NCBI RefSeq assembly: GCF_018350175.1
Contig: NC_058368.1
Coordinates: 65,784,001 to 65,848,000, forward strand
Length of the DNA stretch: 64,000 bases
Origin: Felis catus
Lineage: Eukaryota
Direction: 5' to 3'
Of this stretch, positions 12,913 to 24,120 are shown piece by piece; within the stretch, counting starts at the first letter, position 1, and every line of letters begins with the position of its first letter. Made by a program: the position numbers and the translations under genes. The notes below the pieces were generated by a model. That model worked only from the letters and a program-made list of their open reading frames with translations. It did not search any database and was not told where the DNA came from.

Positions 12913-13555
12913 AAACTACTGACAGTAATTGTTTCTAATGCTAAATTTGAGTTTTCATGTGAAAATCCGAATTCTTTGGTCTACCACTCTGACCTGGACA
13001 GCATCAATACTTAAAGACTTTTCCCATCAGATTAGTGGTGATATTAACAAATGTGACTTTTTGGTATTGCATAATGAAAGGTGTCATCATTTGGAAGATC
13101 GACATAACTCAAAGCACTAATGTTTTTCTAAGTGACCAATGTATTCATGGTTTTATAACATCATTTATAACATCTATAACAACATTTATAACATCTTTTA
13201 ACTAGATGTTAAAAGATCTTTTCAAAGTGAAAAGGGGGACCAAAAGATCTATTCTTAAAAGATCTATTCAAAGTGAAAGAGGGACCAATGGATTTGAATA
13301 TAACAGTACAAAAAGTTCATTGACACTGTTTCAGATCTTTATTATTACAACTTTTTAAAAAAATTTTAAAAAAGCTTTTCTTGGGGCACCTGAGTGGCTC
13401 AGTCAGTTAGGCATCTGACTTGGGCTCAGGTCATGATCTCAGAATTTGTGGGTTGGAGCCCCCAGTCTGGCTCTGTGATGACAGCTCAGAGCCTAGAGCC
13501 TGCTTTGGATTCTGTGTCTCCTTCTCTCTCTGCCCCTCCCCTGCTCATGCGCGCG

Positions 13556-13596
<41 letters not shown>

Positions 13597-13900
13597 TCTC
13601 TCATAAATAAACATTAAAAAAAATTTTAGAAAATAGCTTTCATTCTTCAGATGCATACCTATGTGCATTTTCTTCATAGACTTCGAGTAAATTAACATAT
13701 CAAAGCAGATTCAATGCAGTAGGTATGACCATTCAGCTGTCTTTCCTTAAGACAGATAATAAAATTTTGCAAAAATGTAAAACAATAGAGTTTTTCTCAA
13801 CAAATTGTTTTTGTTTTGGAAAAAACACTTTTCATAAAGCAAATTTTTAAAAATTAAAAGAGCACTTAGGATATTTTTGAGATCATTTGTTGACCAGGGA
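12835..13900 (+). mobile_element. Charlie1 (hAT) DNA transposon fragment, interrupted by (GA)n and a SINE
   Basis: ORF 12929-13120 contains ILKDFSHQISGDINKCDFLVLHNERCHHLEDRHNS, resembling the Charlie1 transposase C-terminal region. After the SINE it resumes with ...gcagattcaatgcag...cagctgtct...tttgcaaaaatgtaaaacaat. Confidence 0.85.
13383..13630 (+). mobile_element. Can-SINE inserted in Charlie1
   Basis: ggggcacctgagtggctcag head, (GC)n then (CT)n, A tail; approximate TSD aaa(a/t)agcttttc. Confidence 0.95.
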
Positions 13901-14286
13901 ACTGTAATAAAATGGTCTAGTGCTAAGAAATAATAAACATAACGTAACTCTCTTTTGGCGGTAAATATGAATGTTAGAACTGCCATTATGATAAAAGAAT
14001 TGACAGTGACATATAACTATTCATTCAAAAAATATAAATAAATACAGCATGGTACCCTAGCTCGAGAATTTTTTTTTTAAGGTTATATTGGTACAAATAA
14101 AAATCTTACTCTGTGGTGGTTCATATTTCTACTTCAAACCAATTTGTGGTAAAAATTATATTATCTCGGAAGAAGATGAAGACATACTCAGTGTAAAAGA
14201 TATCACAGTTAACAAGAAAACAAACAAAAACATACCTCAGCACAGCCTACCTGTTCTGAACAGATTAGTTAAAATACAACACATTT

Positions 14287-14508
14287 GGGTGCACCTGGGT
14301 GGCTCAGTCAGTTAAGCGTCCGACTTTGGCCCAGATTCTGATCTCACGGCTGGTGGGTTCGAGCCCCGCATTGGGCTCTGTGCTGACAGCTCAGAGCCTG
14401 GAGCCTGCTTCAGATTCTGTATCTTCCCATCTCTCTCTGCCCCGTCCCCACTCACACTCTGTCTCTCCATCTCTTAGAAAATAAATAAACATTAAAAATA
14501 ATAATAAT
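14287..14508 (+). mobile_element. Can-SINE
   Basis: Typical head and body; degenerate TSD aaaatacaacacatttg / aaaatccaactcatttg. Confidence 0.95.
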
Positions 14509-17500
14509 AAAATCCAACTCATTTGTTCATGTCATTGGCTGTGAAACCAAAACTAGAAACACCTTGGTACTAGTCAAGTTTAAGTGACTCCAAGTTACCA
14601 TTTCAACCAAGCCCTGGTGCTCTGACTGATTTTAGCTGGGTTGTTGGGTGACTTCAGGCCCAGCACACAGGAGCTACTCAGTGAGGATTTCATTTGCCTG
14701 CATCTGAATTGGCCCCATGGCGACTCCAAGGAGAGTCTAACACAAGTTGGAACTGTTGGCTGTGGTTCATAGGTTATACTGCAGTGGTTTCTCTAGGGGT
14801 CTAGTAGAATATGCAGGGGCCTTTGTACATCTTGAGTTCTCCTTTGGAGGCAAAGCCAATGTGCAAAAGCAGGAAGGAAGGAAAGCAGAAAGTCTATGTA
14901 TATTTGTCTCTTTATGCCTCTGGAACCCCCAGCCTTTGGGTTCTCACTTGCAGAGTGAGGGGTACAGAATTGGCTACTTTATAAGAATAGTGTTGTTTTG
15001 CAAGTTGCAGCGTTTCAAGTAATACCAAAAAGAAAACAAGAAAAGAAAGAGAAAGTACAAATTGCCCAGAAGTAATGGAACGTAAGGCTGGAGGGAATGA
15101 GGCGGACTTGGGCTCTTTTGCAATATTCTCCATCCGAAATCAGAGGGATGTAGAGTATGTGGCCTCACCACCAACAGTGGAGAGACGATGGAATCTATTT
15201 ACTGTGTTAGTCATTGGGTTTAGGGTTCTGAGAATAAATTATGTTTTTGAGTTTTATAGTTTCTCGCCAGTGATCATGCGTGTAAATCTTTGCTAGGTCT
15301 TTGCGGAAATAAACAATTTCGGCTTTGTTCTCAGGAGCACAGTCCTCTACACTTTGAACCAGACGATCTCTCTTCCCCACCTTCCTTTTCTATCGTTACC
15401 ATTCTGTCGTCTTGCTTAAATTCTAGCCACATGGTTCCACTTTGTGTGGTCTGTCAGTGTGGTTTTGACATACTCTTTAATAATTCTCTCTGGCTTTGTT
15501 TTCTCTGACAGTATTTCTAATCTAAAATTAATCAGTTCTATTGTTTCTGATAAGCATACTGAGCATCAGGGTCCAGAATGACATATTCATTGTAGTTTTG
15601 ATTTTAATGTTAATTTTAATGTTCTGTGGGTAAGTGTGTTCTGAATAAGTAGAGTGGCACACGGATTTTATGTTTTCCAGTCTATCTTGGGTCAGAAGAC
15701 CCTGCTAGAGTCGTTCAAAGGCAAACAAGCCATCTTACAAAGTGCGGTAGTTGATGATTTTTCAGAGCTAATGTTCATCTGCGGTGTGCACTTCACAGTG
15801 TGTTAGACATGCCATGTTCAGGAGCTCAGCGGGGCTCTCTTTATGCAAGTCAAGGCTGAGAAGTCTCCCGATTTCTTGTCAGGCAAATGCTGTACTCTTC
15901 ACACAAGAGATGAGCTGTTCCTTTTCTATGTGTTTTAAATTAAACAAAAAAAAAAAAAAAAAGGGAAAAAAGGCAAAGCCCAGTATGAGATTTATGAATA
16001 AACAGTTGTAACTTCCTACCACTGGCTACATTATAATTTGAGCTGCTGAAGAGCCCTGGAATCTAAACCGGTATCGTTGGGAAAGGATTAAATGCTATGC
16101 TGTCGGATGGAAAGCTTCACAGTCCATCCGCTGCAGTGTTCCGGTCTTGAAAGGGCACCCGTCAGTGTGGGTGAAGAGTTCCAGAAATGTGTTCTCTCCT
16201 GTCATCCCCACAGGACCTGTGGACCTACAGGCCCGCCTCATGCTGGCGATGGCGGCGACATTTATGGGCCAGGCTGCATAGGCTGCATGTCTTTTATCGA
16301 GAGACAATTACTGGGATAGTGCTGAGGCATGACTGAGCCTCTGGGCACAGTGGCTGTCACACCTACTGCTGAGGTGTGTGAATTAATGATCACATGGATT
16401 CAGCAGGTTGTACAACATTAACTTTAAATTGTCAGCTCCACTGTGAGTGTCCGACAGTCTTCCCTTTATACCCTTTCTTTCATTCTGAGTCTGAATTTAG
16501 AAGAATAAACACTCGCTTCCTTATATTTAAGCCACTTAAAGAGTCGGAGCAGGAACGTGGGAAGTTCTTGTTTTCACTCCGCTGGCTTTGGTGATGGCTC
16601 GTCCAGACCGTGAGGGAATGTCCCTTGCCTCAACTTCCTCATGACTAAAATAGTAAGAGAGCCTGTGCATCATTGCTTGGGAGCACAGCAGTGCCTCATT
16701 GCTTAGTGCTGGTAGAATGTGATCTGTGCTACCTCAGTGACTATTTATACAGCATCATTTTTGGCCTGGTGCTATTATAACTTGCCAAACACCATTGTTA
16801 GTTTCTCTTAGTGTCTGTGTGTTTGTGTGTTGAACAGTCAACAAGGCTTAACCATTAGAATGAATTGGTGCTGTGCAAGTATCTTCGTGGCGATGCTTAT
16901 CTTCAGTCACACAACAGTAAGTGGAGTATGTTTCAGGATCCTGGGCTGCAGGAATCCAAGGAAATGGAGCACACATAATAGAAGAAGAAGAATGAGAAGC
17001 TGGCAGGGACTTGGTGGCTTTGGGGCTTTCTTGGAAGCCGGCACACTCTGAAGATTTGTGCAAACCTTCTGGCATTTTTTGTTTTAATGTTCTTGTGACG
17101 AATTAAAGGATATTATAAGACACTTTCAAGTTTTCCACTTTTCTCAATGAAGATTTTTTTTTTTTGCAGGAAAAGACAGTGGTGGTGTTGTCGTTTTTTA
17201 AACCTAGACTGTCAATCAGCCTGAAATACTGAAGTCAGGGGAGTGTATTAATAACTCTTAGAACATAAATTACTTTGGGGTTATCCATCTAATTCGGAAT
17301 CTTGGCCATCAGATAAGCTGTCTTTGGTTCCCTTTTCCTTTCTTACCAGTATAATCCTGGTACTTACAGCTACCAATGTGACACTTTCCAACATGCCTGT
17401 AGCCCTTCCTCTGTATTGCCTTTAGAATGAAACAACTTACGCAGCTAAAAGAGATGAATAGTTAACCACCTAGTCCCACAGGGAGAAAATGACGCATATG

Positions 17501-19139
17501 GCTGAGTAGCAGGGGGCATTAAGAAAAAGAGCTGTCAAAGGGTGCCCTTTCTTCTCAAATGTTAAAGAATGCTATTTTCCCCTACTTTTACAATCAGAGT
17601 ATCAGCGGGTGATGATAGGAGCAAAATCCATGATGGCACCAAGTGGATGTCTAGAAAGGCATAGAGTAGACCTAATTTTTTATTTTAAAAGAACAATTGG
17701 GATAACTATTGCTCTTATTAAGAAACACTGTAATTGTGAGCTCATTTGAATTTCTGTTCCCTGAGTTAATTTAATATTACCAGCTTTTGAGGCCACCCAA
17801 GAGGGTCTGGGATCTACCTGGCTGCTACAAAGCCTCGACGTGAATCTATCTCAGTCCCAGAATACAGACCTCCAGCAACTCCAGAGTTGACTCCAAGAAA
17901 TGTTTTAAAATCCATAAGTGTTCCAAGCATTTTTCATAGTATGAAAAAGTATTATTTCACCCTGGTACATATATACCAGTGGTCAAATATAAACAGGTGC
18001 TATTGGGATGGATAAAATGCAAAAATCATTTGATGTTATCCTTAAATACATGGTAGGTCTTTATTTGTTTTCTCATTGTGCATAGTCTCAGTCAAGAGAT
18101 TCTAAAAGTACAGCCATGGGGTCCTTCCCCCCCCAACTCCCCCCCCCCCATTTGAAGAGATCCTCATATACCAGAAGATTGAGAACCACAGCCATGTACA
18201 GGATTTGGACCCAGCCTTCAGGGGGTAGTGCAGTGTACCTTGACACGCAGATGGAGAGTTTCCATGCAAGTGGCCACCTTTTTCAGTTGAAGGGCTTTGC
18301 AGGCACTTCTATTAGATCATCATGGTCCTTGATGCAAGAAAGGCATCATTTTTGCCTCCTGGTAAAGACACTGTCAGGTATTTCTTCTCGGGTAGAGATG
18401 CAGAATGAGTCAGTATGGATTATGTGGCAAGAATTTCAGAGCTCTGGAAAGGCCCCTGGTGTCATTTGAAATCATTCTCACTGCCTGAAATTCACTTTAG
18501 CTCAAGAATTTGATCTTTGTTGGAACAGATACCCTTGGGAAAGGCTAGCACTTCACATTTGTGTCATTGTTTATTTCTTGATGTCCACGGTGGCTTTTAG
18601 AACCTTGTACATTTGAAATGGAGTCCTAGCTGCTAAAAGGGCAGGGGGGAAAGAAGGGACTCTAAAACCTGTGAACAGGGCATTTCCTTCGAAATTTGGC
18701 CTCTTGTGCGGCTCGTCCCAAAGTGAGGTCACTGTAGTGAGGAGCACTGCCTTTTAACAATTTCAAAAGAAAACATTCATTCATTTGTATGTGACTCAGT
18801 GTTTGTGATGGACACACACTGTGCTACAACATGCTTTGGAGAACATGATTTTGTTTTTAAATCTAGAACAATCTCATTTTATATCATCAGAGGATTTTTG
18901 AGCAAGAAAGAAGCATTGGAGTAATTCTCTACCGTTACTTTTTTAGTTCCACCAATAACTTTGTCTCAGAAATTGATTTCCTTCATGGTAGAGAAAAGTC
19001 GTTTACATTTCCAGAGGAAGGCGTGGATGTGTTTTCTGGCATCCGATCTCTCTCTCTCTTTTTCTTTCCCAGTAAGCTTTGAGGAAGTTAAACTTTGCAT
19101 CAGTATTCATGGGAACGGCCCCTGGAGGTTCACCTGAGC

Positions 19140-19380
19140 TGCACCCAGGGCCTTGGACGGTGCTCAGTGGAGGTGCTCTTAGCATTTGGGGCAAGGCAAT
19201 ACTTCATTGTGCAGGACTGAGCTGGACCCTTCAGGGTGTTTGGGGCCATGGCCTCTAAATTCCAGAGGTAGCTTGTAGTCATCATGACAACAAAACAAAA
19301 ACAAACAAAGAAAACAAGAAACACCCCCATGCAGTTCCCTACATCTCTGCAGAGAGGTCCCCTTGTTGAAAATCACAGGG
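19140..19380. mobile_element. MER20-like hAT non-autonomous element
   Basis: ttagcatttggggcaaggcaatacttcattgtgcaggactg...cagggtgtttgg...ttgaaaatcac resembles the MER20 family. Confidence 0.5.
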
Positions 19381-21399
19381 TGGCCTCTTCCCTGAGGCAG
19401 AATCATTCTTCAGAACGTGGGTAGGTGGCCATCCACAAAGCTGGAATTCCTTGTTCCGGTGATTGCAAATTGGCCCTTCTAGAACTCCTGTCCTGTACGC
19501 CCCAGGTCTTCCTTCATTGACCACTTTCAGTTTCAGAATGCGTGCGTGTGCTAGATGATGCTGGAATGTTTTGTTTGCTTCTTAATGAGGATTCACCAAA
19601 TGCCAAGGCCGTGGGATGGGCGTGCTGTGTTCGGCGTGGTCGCGATATGTGTGCAGAACTGGCCTTCCCCACCATCGAGGGTTTACAAGATACTGCAGTG
19701 AGAAATGGATCGATTTCTTTTCTCTTATTCAGACTTCCCAATCTTTCCAGCTGTACTTGGGTTTTCAAAGTGCCACTGATAAGCTGATGATTTTGTTTTA
19801 GGGGCTTGATAGGGAGAGGGAGATTAAATACTGCAAACTGTGAGCAGTAACGCTGTCCCCTAGGCAAATAAACGAGAGCACTTCTGAAGGGATGTAAAAT
19901 TGGCTTTCCAAGCTTAGCTTCCACAACTGGTTTAATAGAGCTTGTAAAAATATACTCTAATTGCTCAGTGGCACTTTTTACATCGCAAAGATTCTACTTC
20001 AAACCCTTTATGACTCCCTGGTTCTACAGGTAGATGTTTATATTATGACAGATACCTCTAATTAGCTAAACAAGAAAAACCTACCACATGATTCCCCACG
20101 TGGAAATGAAACCTTCTGGACCAAGCTCTCAATGCCAGCACTCTGTCTCTATATTGTTTCTGATTCTCCATGTAAGTCCATGTGCCTTCCTAAATACACA
20201 TAAACAGTAACTGTGTGAAACCTGGTTCCTGTAGACGCTGGGGGGTCGCTGACTCGGTGAATCCGCCCTGGGGATAAGAGATCGGAGACTCTAGGGCACA
20301 GGGAATGATCCTATGGAATCTCTCAGCAGGTTGCAAAGGGCGCATCTGGGCCTTTGAGTCTTCTCTGAGATGACACAGAAGGTCACGGTTTGGAGCAGCC
20401 CAGGGAATCAGTAACTGACAACTCAGGTGTTGGGAAGCGTGCTACCTAGGTCTATGGATGGAGTGAGAGACGGCAGACATTTCTCTTCTGGTTCAGATAC
20501 GGAGACTCAGAGTGTAACAACCTCCTTTGGTCTAGAGTTTGGCAAACATGTCTTGGTCACCTCTTCTTTCTAAGCTTTCAGGGCTTACTTCTCTATCTTC
20601 CCTCGTTGATCTCTTTCCAGGTGACAGTAATTCCGTGTCGCATTCATTGACGCCTAAAGGCCAACCCCTCTGCTCCTAAACCATTCTGTGTCCAGTAGAC
20701 GCAAGAGTGACTCCTGGGCTTTGCTGGAAGCTTTGCTGTGGAGATTTTCTGTTGCAATTCAGGCGCTGTGGATTCTGCCACTTATGTAGTGCCCCAACAT
20801 TTCACATTGGGCTAGATAAGCTGGCTTTAGCAAGGCAGAATGTGTCATTTTTTCTAGGAAAAAGAAAAAAGGAAATGAACCACTAAGATTTTTTGAATTA
20901 TTAATATCTTCAGGGGCCCGTTAGGCTGGGCAATTTCCAAGGCCCCCTTCAGGCCTAAAGTTCTGTGGATCTAAATTAGATCCAGTCTCTGGTCTTATAA
21001 GAAGTGATTTCATAGACTATTTTCTCATTTCCCTTCCCATTTCTAGGCATTAATCTCCTGATTCCGAAACACTGGGTTCATGGATATAGTCGCTCCACCA
21101 CAATAACTGAATTTGTTTCTGAAATTGTTGGTCTGCTCACAATGCATTTTTAGGCTGAGTGGTCAGAGCTTTACATAAGTTAACTTGGAGATGACTTTGA
21201 CTCTCAGACTCTAAAACTAATTCTTAAAAAGAGTCAACAGAGGAGTTAATGGAGGTGAAAGGCTTCTGAGTAGAAAGAGCATGGTGTAAGAAGTCCCTGA
21301 GAAGGAAATGTCATGACTGAAGTATTGAGGAAGAGCCAACGTATTGAGGCTTGACGCTTATTTTTTCCCCCACTTTAACTTCTTTCCTGAGTACATATT

Positions 21400-21452
<53 letters not shown>
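21400..21452. repeat. (CT)n(AT)n compound microsatellite
   Basis: Direct reading. Confidence 0.9.
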
Positions 21453-21455
<3 letters not shown>

Positions 21456-21752
21456 GGAATTCATTCTATGATTTATGGGTATTTATTCTGTGGGTTATTT
21501 TATATATGAGTCATTCTATATATAAATAGAATATATACATATATACATATTATTATATATTAATATTCGCTTTATAAAATATGCATGTTATCCTGAGTGT
21601 TCTGATAGTAATGCATGTAGAGAATTAATGCATACTAAAAACAAAACTATATACGTATAGATCTGTATTAACTGTTATATGTGAATAGAACATACTCATT
21701 AACTGTTTATCTACAGATAGAGGTCTTTTCATCTTAATAATGGCAAGGATTT

Positions 21753-21988
21753 GGGGTGCCTGAGTGGCTCAGTCAGTTAAGCATCTGACTCTTGGTTTCT
21801 GCTCAGGTCTTGGGCTCACAGTTGCTGGGATCGAGCCTCACATCCAGCTCTGCACTGGCTGTGCAGAGCTTGCTTGGGGTTCTCTCGCTCTCCGTCCCTC
21901 TCTCGTTTGCGCATATGAGCGCACACCCCTCTGCTCTCTCTCAAAATAAATAAGTGTGAAAAAAATTGTTAACTATTAAAAAAAAAAG
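21753..21988 (+). mobile_element. Can-SINE
   Basis: ggggtgcctgagtggctcag head, A tail, flanking gcaaggatt repeats. Confidence 0.93.
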
Positions 21989-23894
21989 AATGCAAGGATT
22001 GTATTTTATTCCTTTTCCCTGAGCATGAAAGGGTCTCCCTGAGCACCTGCCTTGCTCTTCAAATCTGTGGAAGGTAAGCACTGAAATCGGCTGTTGCCGC
22101 AGTGCTAATGTTGACTTGGCTTCTTTTTAACCTACTGACATTTCCTAATTGTGTCATCATTTTCTCATTTCCTGTGTCCTTGTGTGCATGTTTAATTTTT
22201 AATGTGGGTCTCTCTATGATCTGACTCCTGTGTTTCTTTCCAATCTCAGACCCTATTCTACTTCTTTCTTCCTCTATCTCTGAGCCCTAAAATCCAGCCT
22301 TTTTGAAACATGTAATGTTTCCCTCCTTTTGTCACATTTTCTATCTCTATTATTTCTCAGTCTAGGGTAACCACCTGTCACCCATCTGCAAGCTCCAGTT
22401 CAAGTATCTATTCCCCTGGGAAATGAGTTTTACGTTGATCTTACATCCCAGAGAAGTGATCATGCCCTTCTTTGTACTAATGCTGTCCATTGTACACATG
22501 TCCAAAATAAGACTTCACAAGCTACTTCATAGCTCCATTTTTTTAAGCTTGTCTCCCTTTCTAGACTGACCAAGCTTTAATCACTGTTGTCCCCATAGGT
22601 GTTGGATTACATGGGGCACGTAGAAGCTGTGTTCTGAAGTAAAGTGACTAGTGAAGTGTATTTCATGGTGGTTCCAATGTCATCATTGAAGGACCTATTA
22701 TTTAATGTTTCTGGAAAACCTCATTAATAACTGTTACTCTCAGTTTACATGGAAAGAATGCTTTAAGTTTGCATCAGAATAAATGATTATGTTAACAGGC
22801 AATTAGGATATGCTGTGGACTTATAAGAAATACTTTGTATCAGTGCTACAAAACCAATGTAACTTCTTGCTTTCCTATGGCTATAACTTACCTTACATCA
22901 GACTTGGTAATATAGCAAGGATGACTTTGATTTTTAATCTCAATGGTAGACCTACAAAGAAAATACTGGTTTGAACTAAACCTGATATTTTCCTAAAAAA
23001 AGTCTCATTTCTGAAATTTTCTTCTATTGAACTAATATTAATTTTTTGTTATCATTTAGTTCAAACTAACTCATCCCGAGCCAATTGTAAATTCCATTGT
23101 GGCACACAAGTCAACTGCTACTAGGGAGGCATGTCTAAAAGTCCATATTTTCTGATCATTCCCCACTAATCATTCCCCACTAATAAAATATTGACTCCAT
23201 CATCTAGGAACATGCCTCAAGTATAGAAGTAACATATGACAAGTGTTACAGGTGATGAATACTCTCTTTAAGTATCAATCCCTCCTCCAGCTTGACAGAG
23301 AGATACAAGGGGAAAGAGTCTGGGATAACATTCAATAATGGCTGGCATCCATTCAGATCCTTTATGTCGCAGGCAGTATAAGAACTATTACATGGGTATT
23401 AATTACACTGATTTTGCAGAACCCTAAGAAATAGGTTGGTATCACTTCCATTTGATTCATGAAATTCTGAGGCTTAGAGATACTCAGTAACACATAGCCA
23501 GAAGCAGCATGGTCAAAAATGGGACCAAGTCACTGACTGAAAAGTTCTTGCTCTTGACCACCATACTGTGTGTCCTCTTGGGTTTGGACGAGTCTCAAAA
23601 GGCATCTAGTAAGTGTTAATTGTACCCTAAGATTACCTGGAGGTAACAAGAGGCTGATGGAAGTTCTCTTGCTTCTTGATCAAGGGAAGACTTGTCTTAG
23701 TGATGAACTAGGGGGAAAAAACCTGTATGAGAATTCATCTTCTGTGAACCTGCCTTGATCTCAGGCAACTGGTAGCTTCAGAGATCTGAAAGGTCATCCC
23801 AAGCACAAGCTGCATAGAGCACAGAGGGTGGACTGTGGGCAGAGGAAGGCCTGGCCTTTCCCCTCGACCTAAATTCCTAAAAAGACCATTTTGT

Positions 23895-24120
23895 TTTTAT
23901 ACTGTATTGTATAGTTGAAATTTGTTAGAAGTGTAGAACATAAGTGTTCTCTCACACATACATGTAAAAGTTAAATATGTGAGGTTGTGGATGTGTTAGT
24001 TACCTCGGTGATGAGAATCCTTCTACAAAGAGGATGTATATCCAGTCATCACATTGTACACTTTAAATATCTTACAGTTTTATTTGTCAGTCATACCTCA
24101 AAAAAGCTGAAAAAAGAAAG
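23895..24120 (+). mobile_element. L1 (L1MA-like) 3' end
   Basis: actgtattgtatagttgaaatttg...tatgtgaggttgtggatgtgttagttacct...cattgtacactttaaatat...tacctcaaaaaagctgaaaaa. Confidence 0.88.

Noticed and set aside
12929..13120. ORF with transposase-like peptide as a domesticated gene
   Set aside because: It is a short, stop-bounded piece of a decayed, interrupted Charlie1 copy.
16220..16335. Acceptor-like ccccacag followed by CpG-containing sequence
   Set aside because: The frames are short or unrecognisable and there is no convincing donor.
16852..16945. Minus-strand exon candidate (QDPETYSTYCCVTEDKHRHEDTCTAPIHSN)
   Set aside because: The acceptor is fair, but the would-be donor reads GTTAAG (poor) and the peptide is unrecognised.
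20966..20984. 9-bp palindrome tggatctaa-a-ttagatcca; also a 14-bp tandem repeat at ~23155-23183 and a hairpin at ~55557-55586
   Set aside because: Short enough to arise by chance or slippage in 64 kb, with no supporting context.
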